Program-made: the position numbers and the translations under genes
The notes under the pieces: model-generated
What the model saw: only the letters and a program-made list of their open reading frames with translations
What the model was told of the DNA's origin: nothing
Database searches by the model: none
In this document: positions 55,648 through 64,000 of the stretch, piece after piece
How the letters are laid out: each line of letters starts with the position of its first letter
Position numbering within the stretch: the first letter of the stretch is position 1
IMG/VR virus record: IMGVR_UViG_3300020581_000010
Location: 1 to 64,000 of that record
Source of the DNA: a virus
Reading direction: 5' to 3' (one strand)
Length of the DNA: 64,000 nucleotides

Positions 55648-56118
55648 GCGGGATTCTTGGTCTTTTTCGGCTTTGAGAATCGCATGTTGAGTTTCTCAAT
55701 GAGCGTGCTTTCGATCAGTTCCATCGGCCACCCTTGCTTGATGCAGTAGTGGATCAGAATGCCCATGATGTCCGCAAGTTCATAGCAGTCGTCGGGGTAC
55801 TCTTTGAGTTCATTCAGCTCGTCTTGTGCGTGGCCAAGAATGAAGGGCGGCTGAACCTCCGACAAGTTGAAGTGTTTGCGATTGTGGACGTAGCCCTCGC
55901 GGACCATGCGTTCGATTTTCTTCCATGCCTTTTTCATGATGCGTCCTTTTCTACCGTCTTCTCGGCCAGCTTTTCCAGCACCCTCTTTGCGACGTACAGA
56001 TAGCGGTCTATCGACCATTTCGGGAGATCGTCCCACGAGTCTCGCATCCGCCGCTTTGTTTGCAAGCCGTCCCATTCGAGGGCGGATTCGTGCAGGAATC
56101 GGGCGAGCTGTTCGGCGG

Positions 56119-56592
56119 TCATCGCCATACGTTCCCCCACATGTCTGCCAGGTATCCGTTCGTCACCAGTTCTGGGAACATGATGCGAGCCTTTTTCCAG
56201 TAACGCTTGGTTTCCTTCCGGTCGCTGTTACTCAGGGATTCGATCAGTTCGCCAAGCATGGGACGACTTTCATTGCGACCGCAACCGGCCTCGATCTCTG
56301 CGGCCTCGATTGCCTGCAAAAACTTGTGGCAATCTAGGCAGGTGTTTTCTTCGTAGGTTTCGCCGATCGACGGTTCCTCACACTTGCAGCATTCGTCCGT
56401 GTCGCAGCACTGGCACTCCGACTGCTCGCAGTCGCGGCAGAATTCCCACTCCTGCATGTAGGTGTGAGCGTATGGCGTGCCCGGAAAAATCTTGGTGCAG
56501 CACTCGTTGCAGGTTTTCGTTTTGGCGGAAGCAACAATTCTTACTTCGTATACGCTCGCTCGCCAGTCGCAATCGCCTTGGTAAAAGCACAT
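56119..56592 (-). CDS. Cys-rich Zn-finger phage protein
   Basis: A.K...C.EC...I.PG..Y, TCLDC. Confidence 0.6.
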   Translation of the reverse strand: MCFYQGDCDWRASVYEVRIVASAKTKTCNECCTKIFPGTPYAHTYMQEWEFCRDCEQSECQCCDTDECCKCEEPSIGETYEENTCLDCHKFLQAIEAAEIEAGCGRNESRPMLGELIESLSNSDRKETKRYWKKARIMFPELVTNGYLADMWGNVWR

Positions 56593-56593
56593 A

Positions 56594-56842
56594 TCATGCC
56601 TCCGGGTCAATGGTCCACGCAATCACCATCTTCTCCCACAAAATGCCCCTGGTGTGAGCCCGCTCGGGTTCGGTTGCTCCGGAGGACACCAATTCGTCAA
56701 CAGCTTGTGCCGTCATCCATTCCCGGCACGCATCGCATGAGCTGTAGTGCTTTGCCCCAGCGAGCAGTTCAGAGCCGGAAACCTGGTCGGCTTGGCGGGA
56801 GCACAGGCTGATGGTCTGATCGTGGAATTCTTGGCAGGTCAT
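56594..56842 (-). CDS. Second zf-HC2 (ZAS) anti-sigma-like small protein
   Basis: MTCQEF...HYSSCDAC; GGAGG RBS. Confidence 0.6.
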   Translation of the reverse strand: MTCQEFHDQTISLCSRQADQVSGSELLAGAKHYSSCDACREWMTAQAVDELVSSGATEPERAHTRGILWEKMVIAWTIDPEA

Positions 56843-57608
56843 GTCGCCTCCGGGTCGGTCGCAATGAATTCGTCGATCTTCCTGCGGATCGGTGCGGCTT
56901 TCGCTTCCTCGCGTTCGAGCGTTTCCCTGTCGAACCGGGTAAAACTCCGTCCAAAACCAGCACGCAGGGCACGTCCCGTTGTGGTTGCGGCAAGCTGCCA
57001 GTTCGGTCATTGAAATGTCTCCGGTGCTTTGCCGCTGATGACCATGAGGCGATAGTCGTGGCAGGTCATTGCATCACCTCAAAAGCACCATGCGGGACTG
57101 GCCTCTCCAAACCAGCCCGCACGGTGCGACGAAAGGGATCACTTGAGCCACGTACTGTCAGACGCCAGGTCGAACAACCCGAACTTCTCAGCGAACGCCG
57201 CATCGTGGCACGCTGCACACCGGAGAACGCGGGCGTCGAATTGTTTGCCGTCTGGGGGAACGGCTGGCAGGCTCTTGGGGACGTAGGGCACATGCTCGGC
57301 TACCTCCATGATCTGTTCGGGGGCGTCCTTCGGATTGCGGTTTTGCTTGACCATCTCGGCTTGAGACTTCGCTACAGCGTCGGCCCGCTCAAAGAGCTTG
57401 TCCAGCCTGTCGTGCATTTCCTCGCGGTCTCTATTCAGACGCGAGGTGTCGAATTGAATCGAGACGACGACTATCGCAAGCAGCATTGCGTACACACCAG
57501 AGGCCACTTTGAAGAAACTGGGCACGTCGTCGTCTCTCATGCTCTCCCCCTTGAAGAAACGCCGCACGGGGCAGCCCCTCCCGAAACCACCCCGCACGGC
57601 AACGAGAT

Positions 57609-58532
57609 TTAGACACCAGCCGCGACGGGCGGCAGCTTGACGAACCGCTTCAAGTCCTTGTCCCATGGGAAGCCCTCAGCCCGCCCCACCGACTGAAAGA
57701 AGTTGCCGATCTCCTTGCGGATTTCCTTCTCGCTCACCGCGACCCTGACTTCCTCCCACAGGGCGGTCAGGTTGTCAGCGTTCAGCTTGCCGTCCTTCTT
57801 GAGACCGTCCACGCGAAGCCCCCACGCCTTTAGGACGGACACAGGAGCGGCGGGTTCCGGCTTCGGCGGTGCTGTTTGCTCTTCTTCCGGTGGCGAGTCC
57901 TGATACTCAACCTCGCGTGTCGGTTCGGCGTCACGCGGCGGATCGACCTGTGGTGCCCGATTGTCCGCTTGACCCATCTCGTCGCTGGTGTAGAGCCCGC
58001 TGAGTTCCTGTGGGAACGCCTTGCGGAGTGCGAGGGCTTCGGCGGTCTTCGACAGCATCAACGCTGGCATCTTCGCCCACATAAAGGACGTGTTGCCTTG
58101 CTTGTCGAGCTGGACGTACTCCGACCAGAGGGCGACGGCCGACAGCGGCTTGTCGAAGTCCTTGCGGAGCACGCGGACCTTGGCAGCGGCGGGCGGTTCC
58201 TTCTCAAGCCACACGTCCCGCCACACGCCGTCTTCCCCGCACCACTGCGGCTCATCTTGCCCGGCGTACTTCTGGCTCCGATCAGCAATGAGCCGGAAGC
58301 CGTCGATGCTGGTCTGGATAATCATCACCTCGCGGCGTTGCTGTGAGTTCCACCGCTTGACCGGGTAGATTTGCCTGGCAAACGGGTCAAGGCCGGTCCT
58401 CTCGCATTGCCAGAGGAACATCGTCAGCTCGTCAGGCGTGGCCCCGGCACAGAGCGTCCGCCGAATCACGTCGATCTGCGATTCGGTGAACTTGTTGTGC
58501 TGAACCGTCACCAATTCTCCGTTGGTCGTCAT
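57609..58532 (-). CDS. bet: Phage recombination protein Bet (RecT family)
   Basis: [49 protein letters not shown]. Confidence 0.93.
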   Translation of the reverse strand: MTTNGELVTVQHNKFTESQIDVIRRTLCAGATPDELTMFLWQCERTGLDPFARQIYPVKRWNSQQRREVMIIQTSIDGFRLIADRSQKYAGQDEPQWCGEDGVWRDVWLEKEPPAAAKVRVLRKDFDKPLSAVALWSEYVQLDKQGNTSFMWAKMPALMLSKTAEALALRKAFPQELSGLYTSDEMGQADNRAPQVDPPRDAEPTREVEYQDSPPEEEQTAPPKPEPAAPVSVLKAWGLRVDGLKKDGKLNADNLTALWEEVRVAVSEKEIRKEIGNFFQSVGRAEGFPWDKDLKRFVKLPPVAAGV

Positions 58533-58719
58533 CGTTCGTCCCTTTCGTAAAGTTTGTCCCTTAGTGTCGCTGCCACAATGGAGAGGACAGCGAGCCACAA
58601 CGCGAATTCAAGCCAGTCCGTGGCGGACATCGTGCCTCCGTGAAAAATGCGGCAGGCTGGTAGGCACTTTCGATGGTTCTGATGGTACACCGCCAGTTCC
58701 TGCCGCTATCGCATCTCGC

Positions 58720-59355
58720 TCACTTGCCGGACATCGACCGGACTTCTTCGGGAGTGTATTCGTTGCTCACGCTCTGGCCTGTCAGTCCGCAAGCCCGCAT
58801 CCGGCTTACATTGCCAGCCGCCGCTGCGAAAGCCGACTTCGCGGTCGTCGGAGTGTAATTGGCCGCTGCCCCCTTGATGCCAAGACCGCCGGCTTCGGCG
58901 AATGCGTCCTGATTAGCACCGAGGAAAGTGAATTGCCACTTGTAAACGTCCTGCTGGTGCTGGATCATCGCCTTGATCCGCTCCTTGGTGAACTCCTTGC
59001 TGGAGTTCTCATAGCCATCCGTGATGATGACGAACACCACCAAGCCGGGACGGTCCTTTTCGTCCATCTTGCTGAGCCGGTCGCCTGTCTCGGCAATACC
59101 GCGTCCGACCGCGTCCAAGAGGGCCGTCATTCCGCGAGGCACCAGAGGACAGTGCGGGACTTCGCCGATGGGTTTCGCACGGTGGACGAACTCGTATTCG
59201 GTGTCGAACTGAATCAGCGTGAAAAGTGCACGTCCGGGCTGTTTCTTCTGCTGTTCAATGAAACTGTTCAAACCGCCCTCAGCGTCGGTCTTGCACGAAG
59301 ACATCGAGCCGCTGCGGTCAAGGACGATGACGATTTCAGAAAGGTCTTGCTGCAC
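58720..59355 (-). CDS. vWA domain protein
   Basis: LDRSGSM (MIDAS), PRGMTALLDA, IITDGYENSS. Confidence 0.92.
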   Translation of the reverse strand: MQQDLSEIVIVLDRSGSMSSCKTDAEGGLNSFIEQQKKQPGRALFTLIQFDTEYEFVHRAKPIGEVPHCPLVPRGMTALLDAVGRGIAETGDRLSKMDEKDRPGLVVFVIITDGYENSSKEFTKERIKAMIQHQQDVYKWQFTFLGANQDAFAEAGGLGIKGAAANYTPTTAKSAFAAAAGNVSRMRACGLTGQSVSNEYTPEEVRSMSGK

Positions 59356-59746
59356 GGAAAAACTCCTTGGAATAGGGCGAATGATTGGCTACTGCACCTG
59401 GCTCACAAACGAGCAGATGTACGCTGACACCCTCCGCTTCGCAGCTTCGTCGAGGGATTCCAGTTCCCAGATTATCCTTTGCATCACGCGGAGTTCCGGG
59501 TGCTGCTTGCGGCGTTCGGTCTGCTCGGTCTCTTCCGGTTCGGTCGGTTGTGCGGACATGGTGTGGCTCCTTAAAAGTGCCCGTCTCTCCGGGCTGTCCC
59601 GACAGCGTATCGGTAGCAGGAAGTGGTGCGATTCGTGCGTCACCGCTGGTCGCATTCCAAAAGTCGGCTGCTTACCCTGGTCACGGCGTCAGATGGTGCC
59701 TGACAACACCGCCGCCCTATGCTCTCTCGTGTTTCCTCATGACATA

Positions 59747-59775
59747 ATCCTACGCTTCGGCGAAGCATTTGTCAA
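59747..59775 (-). promoter_or_regulatory. Promoter with operator GCTTCGCCGAAGC
   Basis: TTGACA-17bp-TAGGAT. Confidence 0.8.
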
Positions 59776-59784
59776 CAAGAAAAA

Positions 59785-59982
59785 CTAGACCCGCGTGCGA
59801 GGTCGCCCCTTCGGCCTGACCCGCACGCTCTCAAGGTCCGTGCGTCGAATGGCGTAGTCGTGGCCGAATCGTTCGTGCCTTAGCTTGCCGGTCTTGCACA
59901 GGAGCTGCACGCTTCGCCGCGTCAGGCCGAGTTCGTCGGCGGCTTGCTGTGTCGTCAATATGCCGTTGAGTTTTTGAGCCAT
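59785..59982 (-). CDS. Excisionase-like HTH_17 regulator
   Basis: LTTQQAADELG...V..L...GKL; ends VRVRPKGRP. Confidence 0.85.
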   Translation of the reverse strand: MAQKLNGILTTQQAADELGLTRRSVQLLCKTGKLRHERFGHDYAIRRTDLESVRVRPKGRPRTRV

Positions 59983-59988
59983 GCCGAA

Positions 59989-60017
59989 ATGATACGCTTC
60001 GGCGAAATGCCAGTCAA
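59989..60017 (-). promoter_or_regulatory. Promoter with operator TTTCGCCGAAGC, probably leaderless HTH mRNA
   Basis: TTGACT-17bp-TATCAT, ATG 6 nt downstream. Confidence 0.8.
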
Positions 60018-60107
60018 TCCTTCTCCCTCGACTGCAACCACTTCACAAGAGCCCCAAGTGCGGCAATGGTAGCGATCCAGATGAGGATAAATATGGTGGG
60101 GTGCATG

Positions 60108-60488
60108 TCAGCCCCCGGTCTCGCCTGACAGGCTGTTCTTGATGCTCTCCTTCTCACGCTCCCGCATCGTGGCACAGTCATCAACGACGTACGGGTTCCA
60201 CCCCTTCCAATGCCAGTTGTGCCCGAACGTGAGGTGGCAGTTTTTCGACGGGTGCTCGCAGAGGGTCACGAGATTGGCGTCTACCAGCTCCAGCTCGGGA
60301 TGCGTGTGGTAGGGAAGCTTGTGGTGGACCTGCAAATCCTCAGTCCCGCCGCACGCCTGGCAAACCGGCTCTTTCAGTAGGTGGGCTTTCCTGACAGCTG
60401 GCCAGTGCGGAGAGCGTGCCTTGCCGTTGACCGTGGCAGGAGCGGCATTGGGATTGGCAGAGAACAAGGCAAGGATGCGGTCGAGCAT
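60108..60488 (-). CDS. HNH endonuclease
   Basis: RS..W..VR..HL...P.C.ACG, VHH, NL.TLC....CH. Confidence 0.88.
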   Translation of the reverse strand: MLDRILALFSANPNAAPATVNGKARSPHWPAVRKAHLLKEPVCQACGGTEDLQVHHKLPYHTHPELELVDANLVTLCEHPSKNCHLTFGHNWHWKGWNPYVVDDCATMREREKESIKNSLSGETGG

Positions 60489-60584
60489 GTCGGCCTCTCT
60501 GAAAGATTCCCCCGCCACTGGCAGCGTTTGCCCATCGCTCCGTCATTCGCAAGCCAGCCGACGGGGGAAGTCCTCTGTCAAAGG

Positions 60585-61844
60585 TCACTCGGCAGAAACG
60601 TCGTGCACGTCAGCCGACGCGGGCACGAGCGGGTTCAACGCCCACTTGCCAGCCTGCATCGGTCGCGGTGCCCCGAATGACACCCTGCCGCCCGTTGGGA
60701 TCGGCCTTGAAAGCGTCAGGATGATGTACGGAAGCGTCGGAACCGGGGTCGGCGTGGGAGTAGGTGTCGGGGTAGGCGTTGGAACCGGAGTCGGCACCGT
60801 GCCCTGCCCCTGAATGACCGCCGCGACAAACTTCGCATTGCACACGCCTAGGCCGGTACATTCGTCCCAGCCCGGCCTCGCCGTGTACGCTCCGTTGCTT
60901 CCGCTGGTGATGTCCGTGAGGTCATTCAGGGCATAGACGAGCGATTGCGTGAATGCGATCTTCTTACCGACCTCAGCGTCGATCAATGCCTTGAGTGCCG
61001 CCCACATCGGGCTCACTGCCGATGTCCCGCCGAACGTCTGAGACTGCCCCGCGATGAGCACCGCGTAGCCGGTATTGGCGTCCGCATCCGCACTCACGTC
61101 AGGCACGCCACGCTGAGCGTTCGTGTTGCCTGCCTGCCAGGTCGGCTTGGTGAAGAGTTTCGAGTAACCGCCCCCGCCGTAGCTCCAAGCCGTCTCAACG
61201 CTCGCGGACGGGCAGCTCGTGCCACCGCAGCCGAATATGTACGGACTGCTCGCGGGGAAGTCCGTGTTGTTGCCCGTGCCGCCGTCAGTCGATCCGTCGT
61301 CACCGCTGGACGCGAAGCAAGCCATGTTCGCGGCTACGCACGCCTGGATGCCATCGTTCGTTGCGGACACGCTGGCAGCGTCCCAGCCGGCCTCATTCTG
61401 TCCCCACGAAACGCTCACGGCACTCGCCCTGCCGTCCGCCGCTGCCGCCTTGAACCCGTCCGCGATGCCCGTGGCGTCGTTCGGTGCCCAGATCATCAGT
61501 AGCCCGATGTTTCCCCCGGTTGCCCCAGCGATCACCTGCATGTCGAGGGCCACTTCCCCATCGGCACTTGACGGGTCGCCGGTGTAGCTGTTCGTCGCCC
61601 CTCGAACGCTGATCTCAGCGATAGGTGGGACCGGGATGCCGAGCTGAGAGCAGTAGGCTTGCATGTCGGCCAGAGAATAACCGCCACCGAGTTCGATGAC
61701 GGCTATCCACAGCTTGGTAGGCCCGCTGAGGACAGGGTAGCCGTATCGCTTGGCGAGTTGGGCTGACGTGTAGGTCTGCTGAAGCCTCGCGGCATTCGGG
61801 CGGCGAATTCTCAGGACGCAAGATGATTTGGCGAATCCTGACAT
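60585..61844 (-). CDS. S53 (sedolisin/kumamolisin) peptidase with Pro-Thr linker
   Basis: DGEVALD, SVSWG, SSGDDG, RGVPDV, GGTSAVSP, GWD.CTGLG; (PT)n near C-terminus. Confidence 0.92.
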   Translation of the reverse strand: MSGFAKSSCVLRIRRPNAARLQQTYTSAQLAKRYGYPVLSGPTKLWIAVIELGGGYSLADMQAYCSQLGIPVPPIAEISVRGATNSYTGDPSSADGEVALDMQVIAGATGGNIGLLMIWAPNDATGIADGFKAAAADGRASAVSVSWGQNEAGWDAASVSATNDGIQACVAANMACFASSGDDGSTDGGTGNNTDFPASSPYIFGCGGTSCPSASVETAWSYGGGGYSKLFTKPTWQAGNTNAQRGVPDVSADADANTGYAVLIAGQSQTFGGTSAVSPMWAALKALIDAEVGKKIAFTQSLVYALNDLTDITSGSNGAYTARPGWDECTGLGVCNAKFVAAVIQGQGTVPTPVPTPTPTPTPTPTPVPTLPYIILTLSRPIPTGGRVSFGAPRPMQAGKWALNPLVPASADVHDVSAE

Positions 61845-62241
61845 GGGTACTCCGATGGGTGAGAGGCGGAAGTTACTTGGAATTGACGATGAGACTCCAT
61901 AGGGCTTCGTCTGCTGGCGGACTCAGCTTGCCTGGCAGTTCGTCCAAGAGGGCTTGGAGTTGGGCGACTTCGCTTCGTTTCCTGCGGATCAGTTGTTTCA
62001 GGGAATTCTTAGCAGACATTCGTCCGCAGCAATCGTCCGACGTGTCTTTTTCTGGGCTTCCTTTTAGCTCGTGGTAGACGCGACCGCCTGAAGGTTTGTC
62101 AGTTTCTGGCATTGCTTCGCCTTCGTCGTATCCTTCCGTTTCACGGTCTCTATCGCTGTGCATGTCTTCTCCAAGAAAAAAGGGCGGTGCTGGTGTAAGC
62201 AGACACCGCCCCCGCGTTGGGGAAAGCGACGGACAGGAGAA

Positions 62242-62619
62242 TCAAGAGCCGGCACCACCGACCCCGCCGATGACCGGGCCGAGTCCTTGGAGGATGCCGA
62301 GAATCAACTGTACCCACTGCAACCACGACATGCCTGCCGGCACAGCCGAAGCGTGAGCCGTGGCCAGACCCTTCGCACCGATCATCTTGCGGCACACGTC
62401 GGCCGCTTGGGCGTGAGTCATTGCTGGTCCTGAATGCGGTGAGCCAGCAGCTAAGACGCCGGTCGCCGGGTCAGGGAATGCCTGGCCGAGACCGAACGCC
62501 ACGCCGTCTTCGAGGCAGTGGATTGAATGGGCGTCGGGCTTCTTTGCCCCCTCGATCACGGCCAGCATTTCCTGCCAGATTGCCATGTCGAGTGAAGTTG
62601 GATATGGACGGAGAGCCAT
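62242..62619 (-). CDS. Hypothetical protein with C-terminal amphipathic/hydrophobic helix
   Basis: WLQWVQLILGILQGL. Confidence 0.55.
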   Translation of the reverse strand: MALRPYPTSLDMAIWQEMLAVIEGAKKPDAHSIHCLEDGVAFGLGQAFPDPATGVLAAGSPHSGPAMTHAQAADVCRKMIGAKGLATAHASAVPAGMSWLQWVQLILGILQGLGPVIGGVGGAGS

Positions 62620-62713
62620 GTTGAACCTTTCAGAGTGAGAGAGAAAATCCGCCGCCCCCTTGAACATTCCCAGTGCTACCTAAGTGTCGGGGGACGGCGG
62701 TAAGAGACCACGA

Positions 62714-63118
62714 TCAACGACGACGCCCACCGACGAAGAATCTGCCGCCCCCGAAGCCTACGCCCCGGAAGCCGACACCGATCCCGCCAAAGCCGATGCC
62801 ACCGAAACCGACGCGAGAACCGAAGAACCCGCCCCGGAAGCCGACGGTGTTGAACCCGAAGCCACCGAAATAGGGATTGACAGCCAGCGAGTTGAACGCG
62901 AGGCCGTTCACGCCGCAACCACCTGCCGCATAGCCGCTGAAAGCAGGTGCGAAGTTGGCGACGACACCGCCACCGCACGTCGGGGCCGCTGCGAACATCT
63001 GCACTTGCGGCTGGGCAATGACGGTCGTGGTCTGCTGGGAAAAGTACTGTGCCTGTGACGTGCTGGCGAGGGCCAGAATCACGGCGATTGATGCGATGAA
63101 CTTCTTCAAGGAAATCAC
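62714..63118 (-). CDS. Secreted Gly/Phe-rich low-complexity protein
   Basis: Signal peptide KKFIASIAVILALASTSQA; GF-rich tail. Confidence 0.6.
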   Translation of the reverse strand: MISLKKFIASIAVILALASTSQAQYFSQQTTTVIAQPQVQMFAAAPTCGGGVVANFAPAFSGYAAGGCGVNGLAFNSLAVNPYFGGFGFNTVGFRGGFFGSRVGFGGIGFGGIGVGFRGVGFGGGRFFVGGRRR

Positions 63119-63165
63119 CTAACCTTTCAAGTTAGAGAATCAGGGTTTCCCCTGTCATTGTACGC

Positions 63166-63867
63166 CTACGGGCGAGTTATTGGCGTCCCCGGCTTGATGA
63201 CAATTCCGACTGCGGGTCCGCCAGTCACGTCGCACGGTAGCACGAACGAGAACGGTCCCGGCACCGTCTGGGCGGGAACCGGGTTCCACGTCGCGGTCGC
63301 CGTGATCTGCACCGGCGTCCCCGGCACGCTCGGCTTCAGACCGTGCATCTTGAACGTCATGCCCACGGGCGGGTCAAGCGAGATGGTCGAGGGGTCCGAA
63401 GATGTCGGCACGGGCGTCAGCGTGGCGACGGAGCTGATGTCCACGGTCGCACCGCCAGCGTCGATGCCCATGACGGTGACGGTGTCATCTTCGTTGTCAA
63501 CGAACACGAAGTCACTGACGGACTTCGAGCCGGCCGCTTTGGCTGTCATCTTGCCGAGAGCGGATTTCTTGGTGAGCCGAATGGTCGGAGTCGTCATTGA
63601 AGACATAGTGGTCTCCTTTCGGGGGACGGGCGATGAAGTTTCTGCTGTGATCCCTGTTATTCTACGGTTTGCGTCGAGGAGTTCCTGCATTCCGGCGAGA
63701 AGAGCGTCCAGTTTACACTCGATCCGCTCTTTCCATTGCCTGAATTCTTCGTCAGCGAATAGGTTGCCGCTCATGTCATGCACCGCCGATACTAAGAGAG
63801 CGAACAAGCCGAGTAGGGTTAGGGCGAATCCGCAGAGGTACAGGGCGATTGCGGGGGCCTCATTCAT
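63166..63867 (-). CDS. Membrane-anchored or two-start protein with Ig-like C-domain
   Basis: N-terminal TM helix; internal AAGGAG-ATG at 63606; beta-rich C-half. Confidence 0.55.
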   Translation of the reverse strand: MNEAPAIALYLCGFALTLLGLFALLVSAVHDMSGNLFADEEFRQWKERIECKLDALLAGMQELLDANRRITGITAETSSPVPRKETTMSSMTTPTIRLTKKSALGKMTAKAAGSKSVSDFVFVDNEDDTVTVMGIDAGGATVDISSVATLTPVPTSSDPSTISLDPPVGMTFKMHGLKPSVPGTPVQITATATWNPVPAQTVPGPFSFVLPCDVTGGPAVGIVIKPGTPITRP

Positions 63868-64000
63868 TCCATCCCTTGCCCGCCGGTGCTACTTCCGGTA
63901 TCGGCCTGACCTGCTCCGGTCCCGTCACCTGGTGCCACAGTTGGAGCGTAGCCGCGTCCAGCGGTGGGCCTGCCTTGCCGTCCGCCGTGCGGGGCATTCG

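Larger units (their letters stand above)
1..64000. mobile_element. Tailed phage/prophage genome segment (siphovirus-like, probable Planctomycetota host)
   Basis: Terminase, portal, prohead protease, HK97-type capsid, neck/tail genes, helicase, Bet recombinase and dense small ORFs; no host core genes. Confidence 0.95.

Noticed and set aside
60741-60800. Short tandem DNA repeats
   Set aside because: Simply encode the Pro-Thr linker of the S53 peptidase
1-64000. Integrase, att sites, tRNA, CRISPR array, DGR/retron reverse transcriptase
   Set aside because: No supporting motifs or repeat-spacer structure seen; lifestyle cannot be decided from this window

Overview
The whole window reads as part of a tailed dsDNA phage or prophage genome (HK97-type head, non-contractile tail), with no host housekeeping genes. 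The host is probably a planctomycete, judged from a DUF1559 prepilin-type gene, a planctomycete-like ClpC N-domain and an HTH plus degenerate receiver protein. Layout: (1) 1-6.2 kb: head spike/fibre genes and a glycan-modification cluster (methyltransferase, HTKG protein, StrG-like oxygenase, GT25). (2) 6.2-13.5 kb: tail and neck, with a -1 frameshift chaperone pair. (3) 13.6-23 kb: head module. (4) 23-27 kb: accessory and regulatory insert (XRE pair, JAB protease, anti-sigma-like zinc finger). (5) Portal, plus an oppositely oriented terminase split into ATPase and nuclease genes. (6) 32-60 kb: early/middle genes (glycosyltransferases, exonuclease, J-domain, ParB, Clp-N, PAPS-reductase family, C5 methylase, helicase, Bet, vWA). 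(7) 60-64 kb: HNH, S53 peptidase and envelope-type proteins. The standout is a 1572-aa gene between the prohead protease and major capsid genes. It consists of five unrelated modules, each opened by the same 26-aa repeat (AEYHGPxPPGEGWxxxGEGP[KR]GGKIW) preceded by Lys-Ser/Ala motifs like the HK97 protease site. It ends in an R-S-ExE ADP-ribosyltransferase-like domain and overlaps a small candidate partner gene. It is a candidate capsid-packaged, protease-processed effector polyprotein. All family assignments come from motif recognition by eye, not database searches. No integrase, tRNA, CRISPR array or reverse transcriptase was seen.
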